Below, one piece after another: positions 34,901 to 47,000 of a stretch of 64,000 nt of DNA. The stretch lies in assembly GCF_008831285.2 (NCBI RefSeq), contig NC_045138.2, positions 19,716,001 to 19,780,000 of the forward strand, read 5' to 3'. This stretch comes from Nymphaea colorata. Lineage: Eukaryota. Numbering within the stretch: position 1 is the first letter of the stretch; each line of letters starts with the position of its first letter. The notes under the pieces were generated by a model. The model searched no databases, was not told the DNA's origin, and worked only from the letters and a program-made list of their open reading frames with translations. The position numbers and the translations under genes are program-made.

Positions 34901-35577
34901 CATTCTAAGCAATAATTCTGGAGATGAACTAATATATAGTTACACGAACCATTAGGAAGAACATTCATATTATGGTCTTAAGGAGTATGTATAGCATAGC
35001 TGGCTGGCTGGGTAAGTGGCTGCATAAAAGGTGTGTCGCCTATTCATTTTTCATGGATGCTACTTTCTTAGATCAAAACAATGAGATTGCAATGCTGTAG
35101 TCAACATGTGTATCATTTCCCACCCAGGCCCGATACAATCCAGGAACTCAAAAGGAGAGGATATGGGGCGCCTTAAGGTTTTTCCTAATAATGGGTTGTT
35201 AACCTCTTGCTCACTTACTTAAAATAATGCACATAATATGGTTAAAGGTTTTGATCAAAATATGAACAAAGTTATTAGTCTTTGGTAAAAAAGAGGAGCC
35301 ACATTTCGCAGCTACCGTTATGAGACATAATTTTGTCATTTTATGTAAAATTTAACATTTTTTTATTCATTTCCAGCCCTAAACAGCTCTTCATAATTTA
35401 TCTAAAAATTGACCGTCTGTTTTATTGACTTTTAATATTTTGTTTGGAATCTCTTACGTCATTAGAAAAGGTTTTGGGTGGGAAGGGGCTTAAGATGAAG
35501 TCCAACACTTCAAGGCAGGACTTAACGGCAGACTTGGTTCTCACCGAGAGAGAGAAAGCGAGATCCCCAATGGGAGA

Positions 35578-37662
35578 ATGTTTGCCCGTCTCTCTCAGTC
35601 AGTGTCACCATTTCACGTTGGGAGAGAACTGACAGGAAAGAACGTTCCCAGCCCCTCCCATGGTTCGTCTTCTTCAGTTTCCGTCCCGAAGAAGAAAGAC
35701 CCATATTTCTGGAACGCCACAATAAGAACTTACGTAGAAAGAAATCTCTATGAAGATGCTTTGCTTCTCTACAAACGGATGGTTACTGATGGAGTAGAAC
35801 CCGATGATTACACCTTTCCTTTGGCTCTCAAGGCCTGTTCTTCCATCCCGGCCCTCAAAGAGGGCAGGCAGATACACACCCACATCGCCAAAAACGCCTC
35901 TCTCGCAGAAAACGTCTTCGTCCACAATGGCCTGCTGCAGTTCTACTGTTGCTCCGGCTGCTTGGACGACGCACGGGAGTTGTTTGATCGAATGCCTCAC
36001 AGAAGTCTGGTTTCTTGGAATACAATGATCGCCGGGTACTCGAGAATCTACCAGGAAACTTGGATTCGTGTAGTTAAAAACAGAAGTTGCGCTGATGCGG
36101 TCTTGTTGTATTGTTTTATGTTAGAAGAAGGGATTCGAGCGGACAATTTCACGTTTACGGCTTTGCTAAGAGCATGCGGCTCTTGTTTGGGTTTTCAGGA
36201 GGGAATTCAGATTCACTGTCACGCCGTTAAGCTGGGACTCGAGACTGATGTCTACGTGCGAAATACTTTGATTGATGTGTACGGGAAATTTGGTGAGATT
36301 CAAAACGCACGCCTCTTGTTTGTTGGATTTCCTGAGAGGGACTTGGTGTCGTGGAACGCATTGTTAACTGGGTTTGTCAGGCTGGGAGATATTGAGTCGG
36401 CAGAATCTTTGTTTGCGGAGATGGATGAGCGGGATATAGTGTCGTGGAACGCGATGATGGTTGGATATTTGCAGATAGGGCGAGCCAACGAAGTTCTAGA
36501 TGTATTCCGCCAAACGCAGGTTGCAGGTGTCTGCCCAAATATTGTTTCTATTGTTACTGCAATATCTGCTTGTTCCTTGCTGGGGACTTTGAGTTTAGGC
36601 GTTTGGTTTCATATTTATTCCCTTAGGCATGGTTTTGAATCAAACGGATATGTCAGTTCATCGCTGGTGAAGATGTATGCAAAATGCGGTGATATTGAAA
36701 ATGCAGTTCGATTGTTCGATAAGATGCCTCAGAGAGATGTTGTTTCCTGGGATGTAATGATCGAAGGCTTGGCGTTGCATGGTAGAGCTAAAGATGCCTT
36801 GGCTCTTTTTCGTCGGATGAAAAATGAAGGAGTCAACCCTGATGATATTACCTTTATTGGTGTGCTAAGCGCGTGCAGTCATGCTGGTTTGGTAGAAGAA
36901 GGTTTTCTGCACTTCGAATCTATGACTAAAGAGTATGGCATTGAGCCTAGAGTTGAGCACTACGCATGTCTGGTTGATCTTCTTGGCAGAGCTGGTCGGT
37001 TGCATGATGCACTGCAAATTGTAGAAAGCATGCCGATTGCTCCTGACAGTGTTGTGTGGTCTGCATTGCTCAGTGCTTGCCGTATTCATGGTGATATTGA
37101 ACTTGCAGAGAAAGTTGCCAAGACCACCCTTGAGATGGAACCAAGTATTGCTGCTAACTATATTCTTCTATCAAATGTTTATGCAGCGAGTAGCAAGTGG
37201 GAGGAGGTCGCTAGTGTGAGAACGTTGATGAAGTTGAAGGGGCTTGATAAGGAACCTGGTTGCAGTGTTCTTGAAATGGATGGCTCCATTCATGAGTTTG
37301 TTGCTGGTGATAACTCTCATCCGCAGCTCGGTGAGATAAACCAGATATTGCATAAATTGGGGAAGCGGCTTAAGGAATCTGGCTATGAGCCACACAAGGA
37401 AGTGGTGCTGCGGGATATGGAAGAAGAGGTCAAAGAGACTGTTCTTTATCGGCACAGTGAGAAGCTTGCAGTTGCCTTTGCACTAATCAATAGTGCAGCG
37501 GGAACCCCAATTCGTATTGTTAAAAATCTTCGCATATGTAGTGATTGTCATTCTGCTATTAAATTAATTTCTAAAATTGAAGCCCGAGAGATTATTGTGA
37601 GGGATCGAAACCGCTTTCATCACTTCATCGATGGATCTTGTTCATGTGGTGATTACTGGTGA
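35578..37662 (+). CDS. PLS-class PPR protein with E/E+/DYW cytidine deaminase domain (PCMP-H), 694 aa, intronless
   Basis: P-L-S repeats, E motifs, PG box (KEPGCSVLE), catalytic HSEKLA and CSDCH, and C-terminal HHFIDGSCSCGDYW*. Confidence 0.96.
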   Translation: MFARLSQSVSPFHVGRELTGKNVPSPSHGSSSSVSVPKKKDPYFWNATIRTYVERNLYEDALLLYKRMVTDGVEPDDYTFPLALKACSSIPALKEGRQIHTHIAKNASLAENVFVHNGLLQFYCCSGCLDDARELFDRMPHRSLVSWNTMIAGYSRIYQETWIRVVKNRSCADAVLLYCFMLEEGIRADNFTFTALLRACGSCLGFQEGIQIHCHAVKLGLETDVYVRNTLIDVYGKFGEIQNARLLFVGFPERDLVSWNALLTGFVRLGDIESAESLFAEMDERDIVSWNAMMVGYLQIGRANEVLDVFRQTQVAGVCPNIVSIVTAISACSLLGTLSLGVWFHIYSLRHGFESNGYVSSSLVKMYAKCGDIENAVRLFDKMPQRDVVSWDVMIEGLALHGRAKDALALFRRMKNEGVNPDDITFIGVLSACSHAGLVEEGFLHFESMTKEYGIEPRVEHYACLVDLLGRAGRLHDALQIVESMPIAPDSVVWSALLSACRIHGDIELAEKVAKTTLEMEPSIAANYILLSNVYAASSKWEEVASVRTLMKLKGLDKEPGCSVLEMDGSIHEFVAGDNSHPQLGEINQILHKLGKRLKESGYEPHKEVVLRDMEEEVKETVLYRHSEKLAVAFALINSAAGTPIRIVKNLRICSDCHSAIKLISKIEAREIIVRDRNRFHHFIDGSCSCGDYW

Positions 37663-40600
37663 AATGGTCCTCGTGTAATCACTTTTACAACTTCAGAGTC
37701 ATGGCTCATGGAAGGCGTTTTCTGTGCTAGAACTGAGGACCTTTTTGTTCATTTCTGAGCACTAGTTGGTGTTGGAAGGACTGATTGTGCTTGCGGCTTC
37801 TTTGGGGATACAAAACTAAAGCTGGTGGGTGCGATATAAGCTGGACAAAGTTTTTATGTCATGGACTAAAGGGTGAGCTGTATGCAGAAAACTAATTGCC
37901 ATTCATTTTTTGCTGCTAGCATACTGTGAAGAATATTTCTGTTTATATTTTTCCAGTTGATGATTTTCCAAGGTATTCAGGATTCATCTCATACGGTTTG
38001 TTAGAGCTGATTTTTTGGGCTTTTCTTGCAGTATCAGTAGCTAAGGAAAGTTTTATGAGTCGCATCGGAAGGAGCGTAGTTGTATGATTTTGGCTGAGAA
38101 AATTGTTCTATATTTATTTTCCTTTTCTTTTATAGATTAAAACCATTCAGCTCATTCTTTCTTGTTGTATTTAAGTATTTGTGGTGCATGTTCATTTAGA
38201 CAGCATAGATGGGTCATCTTCAGTTTCACTAAGCATCTTTTTCAGTCATCAGTGTCGTTGAATGTTCTCTCACTAGCTCCTTTCTTATGCAGTCTGCAGG
38301 GCTTTGCTTTAAACAATGATCTGACTGGAATTCTTGGCAGACACTAGAAGATTCGGGATTTTGATTTCATATTATCACTGACATCCCACAAAACCTGAAA
38401 GGTAAATAATGGGAATGACCCCATGCAATTCAAACTTGAGAATCTTTATTATGATACTGCTGCCTGGCTTCCCAGCCACTTCATTCGATCCCAACAGGTA
38501 TCACTTTTAAGTTACCTAACAATGTTGTTCTTATTGTCTTCCCTTCTGCTCTCCATCAGTGAAAGGGGTATGCTCATTGCACAGGACTTTGCAGGATGTA
38601 GGTGCGAATGCACATTTATTTAAAAAAGAAGGCAAGGTTGTTGTATATGCAATTGAGTCAGAGCATAAAGTATGACATTCATCGATTGTTAACAGTTGTA
38701 CCCGCAGGGCCGGGCACGGCAGACTATTTGCAGTGCCAATGCAACCCATATCGACCTTGCTATTGCAGCGAAGCTTTGTAGTTCTGTTTGGATCTGATTA
38801 TGAGATATTTGAGGAATCCCCAGCATCTTTCGTTTCGAGTAAATGGACATGCAGCATATATGAGGTGTGGAAGATGCATCTTCTGCTTCCAATTTCTCAT
38901 TTTAATGCATTTAGGTTTAGCAAATGCCATGCTGTTAGTGGTGGTAATGAAGCAGCGGTTTCAGGCGCCTGCAACTGCCAGTGTAATGGCAGCAGTCTAT
39001 CATTCTCAAACAACCATAAATGGTATTGACTAAAGGAAGGAAAAGATAAACTTCAATGAGATATCAGATAAGTTGGGGTAGGACTTTGCAATTCTACGGC
39101 TTATGTTCATCGTGAATCCAATGAAATTCCATTCCAAAACAGAGTCTGCAGGTCCTTGTCTTAGGGCACTTAGCTGACAGTGCTGTCATGCTATCTTATA
39201 TGGTTAGTTTCTTAAAAAATTGATCGTTGTGTTCTTTTATGCAAAATCTTCTTTTCTTATTCAAAATGACTCACATTTTTCCACTTTGGTGTTTGAATGT
39301 TGGAAACTTTCTTGCACAAGTTGGATATTACCTCCGCAAAGTCGCTCCCAGTCAGCTTGGATAAAAGCCGCTTACATCCACGAGATCTGATGGTTGATAG
39401 AATTTAATGTAAACTGTTATTGACACTCTTACAAAATGTGCCATGGTCCTGCCCAGTTCAGTGTCGTTGTATATTTGCTGGCCTCTGGTTGGTAAAAACT
39501 CTTGGCTCATGTTTGGATGCTAGATTTATCTTTTGAGATTAAATGTTTAGGTTTTTTTAAGTCTCCATGATCTCTTGATTCAAACATGATATATCAGAAT
39601 CGTATAGTACCAACATATATCAATTGATATAAATTGTATTGAGAGCAAAATGATACGAGAATGGACCCGAAATGGCACCTTTCAGATATCACTCTACATG
39701 GGGCGCGTATCGCTACTTTGGCCCAGATGGCCCCATGTCAGGCATATTCGTAAAGTATTAATAAAAATTTCCTTTATTTTTTAAATTGATCTTTTGTGGA
39801 TGGACAGGCAAATGATTTTTGTGATATTCAATATTGACAACATTGCATACAAAAACTTGTCTTAATGTATGCTATTTATCATGTCTTATCTTCGTATATG
39901 CGTTAGGATAATGTTTGTAGACTTATACTGAGCTTGTGTTTTTGTTGCCCATCAACTTTAGTTGCATTTTCACTTTAAAGGCATGTTTGATTGCCTGGAT
40001 CAGTTATCTAAGGTAAAATAAAAATCTAGTATAATTGATTGAGGATATCAACATCAATAAGCATTTCATCCAAGATGGACCATGCATCCCATGTTTGATC
40101 ACTTGGAATAAGGTATCCTTTTTGTGTGTGTTCGTGTTTTTTATCGCCAAGCACATTTAATCTAAAAGTGAGTTATAGTCTTTGCTCATCCTTCTCATGT
40201 GCAAACGACTTGCAGAAAACACACACACGTGCACGGGGATCACCAACTTCGACAAAGGAAAAACACCTGTTTTCTGTAAAAACTATGGTTTCTCCCTCCG
40301 CTTTGGCAAGATCTGCTTGTTTCTTGCCATGGTTTCTCTGTCTGATAATGCCAACCGCTTGTCTATTTTCTTTCTTGTGTGCCGTGGTTCAAAATCTACA
40401 GGGATTTAGTATCTTCCGCTTTTCTTTTTTATTTATCTCTCTCCGTTATCCACCTATATCTATTGTATAAATCTTTCCTAAAAGTTGAGAAAATGAATAT
40501 TAATCTTAAACAAAATAGTTTTCTTATTATTCTAGTAACTTTGAATGAAGCCGCCTCTATCAAGCATATATGTTATTGTCAGTGTCTATGTATTTTCATT

Positions 40601-40743
40601 TATAACAGCTTTCTTTAAACACCTACTGTCAAAAAAATCGTTAGCGGGTGAGATGATTTTGTTAATCAAAATTAGTAGATGAAACAATTTAGTGTTTGCT
40701 AAGAATATTATGGCTGTGCGTTTGTATGCTTCAACCATTTTTC

Positions 40744-40807
<64 letters not shown>

Positions 40808-42708
40808 TAAGAGGTACTAGACCATTCCTTAAAGAATCATTGTGACCGTTGATCTGTTCAATATTGATGTTTGATAACAAAGGAGATATGATATTTTGGT
40901 TGTCTAGCATTAACAAACTTTTTCCTTTGTTTTTCTCTCAACCATTTATCTATCTTATAAATCTTAATGACCAATATGATTCCTTATGGTTATGGGTCTG
41001 GCACTTCAGTTAAGTCACACAAAGTTATTATTAGTTAAATATTTTCATCTTCCTTAATAATTGTCAAGCATATATAATTAGGGGAATTTAGTTGTATCGT
41101 TACTTGGACTGGCATGTTCATGTCAATGACAATTTTTAAATTCAAAAGAGAAAGAGCTATTTTCAATCTACTGTAACTTTATCTTTTGTATTTTCATTTA
41201 ACATTTATTTTTATGCATGCCTTGTTACTCTTAATGAAATAAATGCAAATTCTGTTTTGTATTAGAAAGTAAATCTAAAATTCTCCATATTTGTTTTGAC
41301 AGAATAACTGATGTAATTCACTGGGAGAGCCAGGATTTACCAATCAAAATTCTCCCGAAAAACTACAAATTTTATTTGTTTACGTCACGATGAATACAAG
41401 TAACAACAGAGAAAGTAGGCAATGGCAGTATTAATTTAACATGGTTTTCTTCATGTGAAAATTTTAAGTGAAATTCTTGATATCCATGGCACCTATTATT
41501 GCGATTGTCATCAAGACACATGATGGTGTTCACTGTAATTGGAAAGCTTCATATTTTATACTTGATTGAAAAATAAAGCACGAAGTAAAGTAAATAACTA
41601 AGCAAATGGTTTCATTTCTCATATTCAGAACTCTATTATAAGAACAACCATAGGGCCCAATAAATGGAGAAAAAGTTGAATCTATGGGTTTTGATCCCAC
41701 TTACACATGTTTGTCATTACTTGGATCCAGTTACATGAATTGGTTTCATATGCACCCCCAGCAGAGTAGGAATGTATAAATTGTTGAATACTATTATATC
41801 ATTATTTTATATGTTTTGGAACACTGGAAACTAGCTTTATAACTTACCATATATAATTTAATTAAGATATTGGTATACTTGGTGAGTTTCTCATTCAAAT
41901 GGATGCCTTTTATGCCAAGCCTTTTTTATGCGTTGTATAACACTTTGTTTTATTTGTAGAAGACATTTTGAAACTACATGCACATCAATGCCTAACAACA
42001 TTTAATGTATGTTGTATCTTGATAAGTCAAATTTTATTCAATTTTGTGTTATAAGTACTTTTACAAGTGTGCCTTTGTAGTTGAAAAATTTTACAAATTT
42101 TATAACTACTTAAAAATGAATAAAGTTTCCTTGCAAACTAATTTTGATAAAAATAAACTTATATAATCTCCATTAGATATTTACTTTAAATCAAATATTC
42201 AAATTTTAACGTTTCTATTTAATTTGAAAGTTTTCGATTTAAAAATTCTTACATGAAACATAGGCGAATTTGTAAAAGTAATCTAAGGAATGACCATTCA
42301 AGGATAATGACATTTCAGACAAGTCGATGTTAAGAGGAAATTACTTTTTCTATCGTTGTCAAGCAGGAAAACGCATTCAAGTCGTCAACGCGGTCTAGAA
42401 AAAGTACCTGATGAGAGTGTGACACGTTCTCTTTTTTAAGTGGCCATCTGCAATGTTTATTCTTTTATTTTTAATAAGGCTGTTCAAAACTTTGTTAATA
42501 ACTGAAAACTTTTTTATGGGTTGATAGTTTTTTAATATTTATTAAAAAAACCGTCTTCAACTTAAAACTATATGTTATGCTTTCAAGGTTTTAAGTGGGT
42601 ACATTTACAATACACTTTCCAATTTAAATGTACCGCTTGCTATTGGTCAAAAGAATAAAACATAGAGTTTGTCAGTAGTCGCAAAATTCACAAAAACTGA
42701 TACACATT

Positions 42709-43016
42709 TAGGGGGTGAACACAAGCCGAGTTAAGCTTGAGTTCAGTCAGTTTGAGTTGGGCTCGAGCTAAAGTTCGACTGAGCAGTTATGTGTTGAACT
42801 CATGCTTGACTCGATTAAAGTTTGACAAAACGAATTGAGTTACGTGTTTGGCTTGTGCTTTTGTAACTTACATAATTAATTAACATCAATGTACCAGGTT
42901 TTTAATTAAAAAATGAGTTGGATATTTAAAAAATCGTTACACATCATTTTGAACAATAAAACCAAACTCAACTCGATTAGTTAAATGTCATGAACTCGAG
43001 CTCAACCCGTTTGCAC
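42709..43016. mobile_element. Second, shorter copy of the 9567-10080 MITE family, in the PNP1 promoter region
   Basis: TAGGGGGTGAACACAAG...GAGTTCAGTCAG...CAGTTATGTGTTGAACTC...GAACTCGAGCTCAAC, collinear with the 9567 copy. Confidence 0.7.
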
Positions 43017-43245
43017 TAACTCCGTTGGTTACATTTCAGTCGGCGATTCTGCGAATTTAATCTGAATCATTTTGAGGTCCTTTAACGTCCTTAAATAAAA
43101 TACGTGTGCCCATTTTAGTAATTTCTCAGAGCAATAGAAGCCCGCTCTAGTAAATGGATAAAGCCCGGGGACGCGCCCTCCCGCGCCTTCTGTTTTCTGT
43201 TTCGCCGGAGCGTCGCCCGGGCAAGCTTATTCCGAGCAAAACCCA

Positions 43246-43945
43246 ATGATCGGAATACATCACGCGAGGAGTCCGCCTCCTCCTCTCCCTTTCCGCCAAT
43301 CTCTCCGTTCCCGCCGAGCCGCCTTCTTCTCTCGGTGCTTTAACTTCTCTCGACTCCCTGTCCTCCCTTCGCCACTCACCTACTTCGGTAACCCGAATAA
43401 ATGCCGCCCTGGATCCCTGCGTTTCGTGCCTCCGGTAGCTGTTGCCGCGAGTTCTGAGCGCTCGCCATTCTCCATCGAGCCGTACACCGTCAGAATCCCC
43501 GTCGGCGATCGGCATGTGAGTTTCCCGCGGGTTTTAGAATTTTCTTTTATTTTTTCTTTTTTTGGCTTACGCGACGATTTTGTAGTGCCTGATACCTCGG
43601 TGTCTGTCAGCATCTATCATCGCATCTTTCATGCTTCGTTAGTGCTTCGTCATTTCTACTGTTGACGTCGTATTCTTTTTTAGCATCTTGTATTTGGCGC
43701 TTTCTCGCGTCCTCGACTAACTCAAGAACTTGTGTTAGTTTCCTTCCTATTTAAGTCCATGTCCAACATCTTGAAGAGTGGCAGGACCAGAGTACGCACA
43801 CACATACATACACACATATACTATCCCGCTAGTAAGATAGGTGGAAGACGTTGCTGTTCTTCTGTCTCACGTTTAATATTTTCTTCGCGGCGTTCTCTAA
43901 AACAGCTCTAAAGCTAGGAAATTCTAGTGTCTAACATTACACACT

Positions 43946-44008
<63 letters not shown>

Positions 44009-47000
44009 TGAGAATATGTTGCGTTTAATACCGCAGCGTCCTGGATATCATATCTCGAAATTCATACACTTTTTGTCTAGTTGCAGTTTATAATTTTAAA
44101 ATGGTACTGAATTTGTAGATTGTCGTGGAGACTGGACTTATTGGGAGGCAAGCCAGTGGATCTGTTACGGTGACGGATGGTGAAACTGTAAGTCTCCTGG
44201 CTTTTCCTTGTGTAGGATTTTGTGGTACCACAATTGTGAATGGGGTCTTTTATTTTTCAATGGAGTCGGGAGTTACTATTCTGCTATGTCATTGTGGTGT
44301 CTTATCCAGCACTTATGTACTCTTAGTTGGCTTGCTAAGTAGGCGTCTCCAGATATGCCGTGGATTAAGAAGATAAACAGGCGGCGCTGCATTAGTTTAC
44401 TGCAGAATGCGTGTGCTTGTTAGGTGATCTCTGACCTTCCCTGGAGATTCAGATGGCCTCTAAAGGGTCATGAGGACTATATACCTGCTCAGCACGGACT
44501 CAGCACGTCATTCTTGTACAAATGTAGGAGGGTCGGTTTTATTTGTATCTGGATGAGTTATATGCTTTCTGGTCCTTCTCTTTGGACCTTGATATATGCT
44601 AGTCGATTCGATTTTCAAAATGCTGCCTCATTTTTTTTCTGTTATCGTTTATATGTTACTATGCCGGTCTCTTTTGTCTGCAAAGTTTAATAGTTCTTGG
44701 AGTCTTTTGCTAGATGTTAATTTTCCTCCTCGTACAATAAAAAAGTTTTTCCTTTCTGCACTATAATGCTGCAGGGCTTGTTTTGCCGATCAATATACTT
44801 TCTTGAAGATGCTAAGATGGAAGCATTAACTTTTTTTTTTTTGGTTCATGTATGTCAAGTAATTGTAGTAAAATATCTCTTAAGCATAGAGCTTTTGTTG
44901 CTGCTCTGTGCATGCAACAGGCTGTATCCCTTAATTGTATCCTTCCTTCTCAATCTGCACATATAATATATTCAAGGATAGCATTTATTACTGGAGATGC
45001 ATTTCTCTATGTTTGGAATGTAATGAAAGTTCTTTTATCCTATTGACTATGTTTGGACCCACTATTTTTCCTTTTGCAGATCATCTATACATCTGTCTGT
45101 TTGGCTGATATTCCCAGTGAGCCTTCTGACTTTTTCCCTTTATCTGTCACCTATCAAGAACGTTTTTCAGCTGCAGGGCGTACTAGGTATCTACTGTTGG
45201 GATTTTTGTTCGTTCCACGGACTGGTCATGAGATTCTCTTATTTCAGAACAATGATTTCTTTCTTTAAATTATTGCAGTGGTGGGTTTTTCAAAAGAGAA
45301 GGAAGGACAAAGGATCATGAGGTGCATAAAATTATCCTTACGTTATCCATAATATGAGCTTACATTCTTTATAATTGCTAAAATGTGTTTGCTTGTGGGT
45401 ACTTTTTCTTCTCATTGCATCCATCACTATTATTCTATGATACTCTTTAGTTTATTCTAGTTTTGTTCTAAGTACCTAAGGATGACAATGACTCAACTAC
45501 CCAATTGGAGGTTAAAGAATCATATTCCAGTTACTTATTTTGTTCTTCGAACTTGAAAACTGGAGAACCCTCATTACTCTTATTTGTATATAACTATCAA
45601 TGTTCATTTTCTGGGATTAGGATATATTATGTACAATTTGTTTTAATGTTGTTTTTGTTTTGAAAGCTTCATTTTGTATGGGTTTGATATTGGTATAAAT
45701 AGGATAAGTCCTGCTTATAAGTTTTATTATGAACCAACCTTCATGACATGGCATGATTATTTGCCCCCAAAAAGACCTTTTTGGATGGATCTGAACCTGA
45801 AAGCTTTGATTAGTTGATTCAATTTTGAGATGCCTTTCTGTTTCCAGGTTCTAGTATGCAGATTGATCGACAGGCCTTTGCGACCCACAATGTTGAAGGG
45901 ATTTTACCATGAAACACAAATATTGTCATGGGTATAACATTCTCATCTTATTCATAAAAGCACGTTTTTTGACATACAAAAAGCTCTTTACTTTTGACAC
46001 ATGTGAAATTTGCATGCTATGTAAGTGTGCCTTTTTATTACAAGTTTTTTATCCATTTGTTGCGCATTATGTAAGTGTGCCTAGTGGCATCTAAATTATT
46101 GGATGAGATCACATGCTTACTGAGAAGCGTACGTCAACGATATCCTCCCTTTGTGACTCTCTCCGTCTTTCTGTTTGTGAGAGGGTAGGAGCAGTGTTCT
46201 GGATGGGCTGGCCTAAGAAATGTTACTTCTAAGTATACAGTCTTATGGCAGACAAGACTAAGTGACTGGCATGTGCAGAAGTGAGGAAGTTATCTTTAGC
46301 TTCCAAAGGTTATGGTGACTACTTTATGAAGGGTGATCTGTATTGCATTGTGATAGCAAGTCAACTGGGTCCTAACCTAATATAAGTGGAGTGAAACCCA
46401 AGTCCAGACTGACTGAATCCTGGGGATATGAATGGGTTAGACTTGGATTGGATTTACCATGTCCAATCTACTTAGTTCAGATTCAGGGGAGAACATGGTT
46501 CTACATTTTGAAATTAAATCCTAGTTCAACTGGGTTGAATTCGAAAACTTACATGGGGATGAGATGCTTGTTGCATCATGAACATGTATCCAGGATACAT
46601 AAACTCAAACTGAATACAAATCTTGTCACCTTGGTTCTTTTTGCTTAACTAGACCTATATAAACAAGCCTGGACTCAGATCAGCGAGTAAAACAGACCAT
46701 TGGCATCCCTGCTGGACTGGATGCGTGTCTGACCTGTTGATGGTCCTGGCTGTAGTCGATGCAATGGAAAATCTAGCTGGTCTAATTGTATTACTAACTT
46801 TACTTTATCAACAAAAAAAAGTGCTTGGCTGCTTATTTCAGATGCAAATATGTATGTCAACTCAGGTAGTTGGTCCAAGATTTTTGAATGTGCTTAGAGT
46901 AAATTACTTAATGACGATGTTGAAAATATTGGCTTTATTTAGACCATTTTCTTGATGTAAAATAAGTATTTCACTTATAATTATAATAAATGATTGCTAT

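Noticed and set aside
40111..40123. U12-type donor-like GTATCCTTT
   Set aside because: Intergenic, inside a MITE-like relic, with no associated exon. All modelled introns are ordinary GT-AG.
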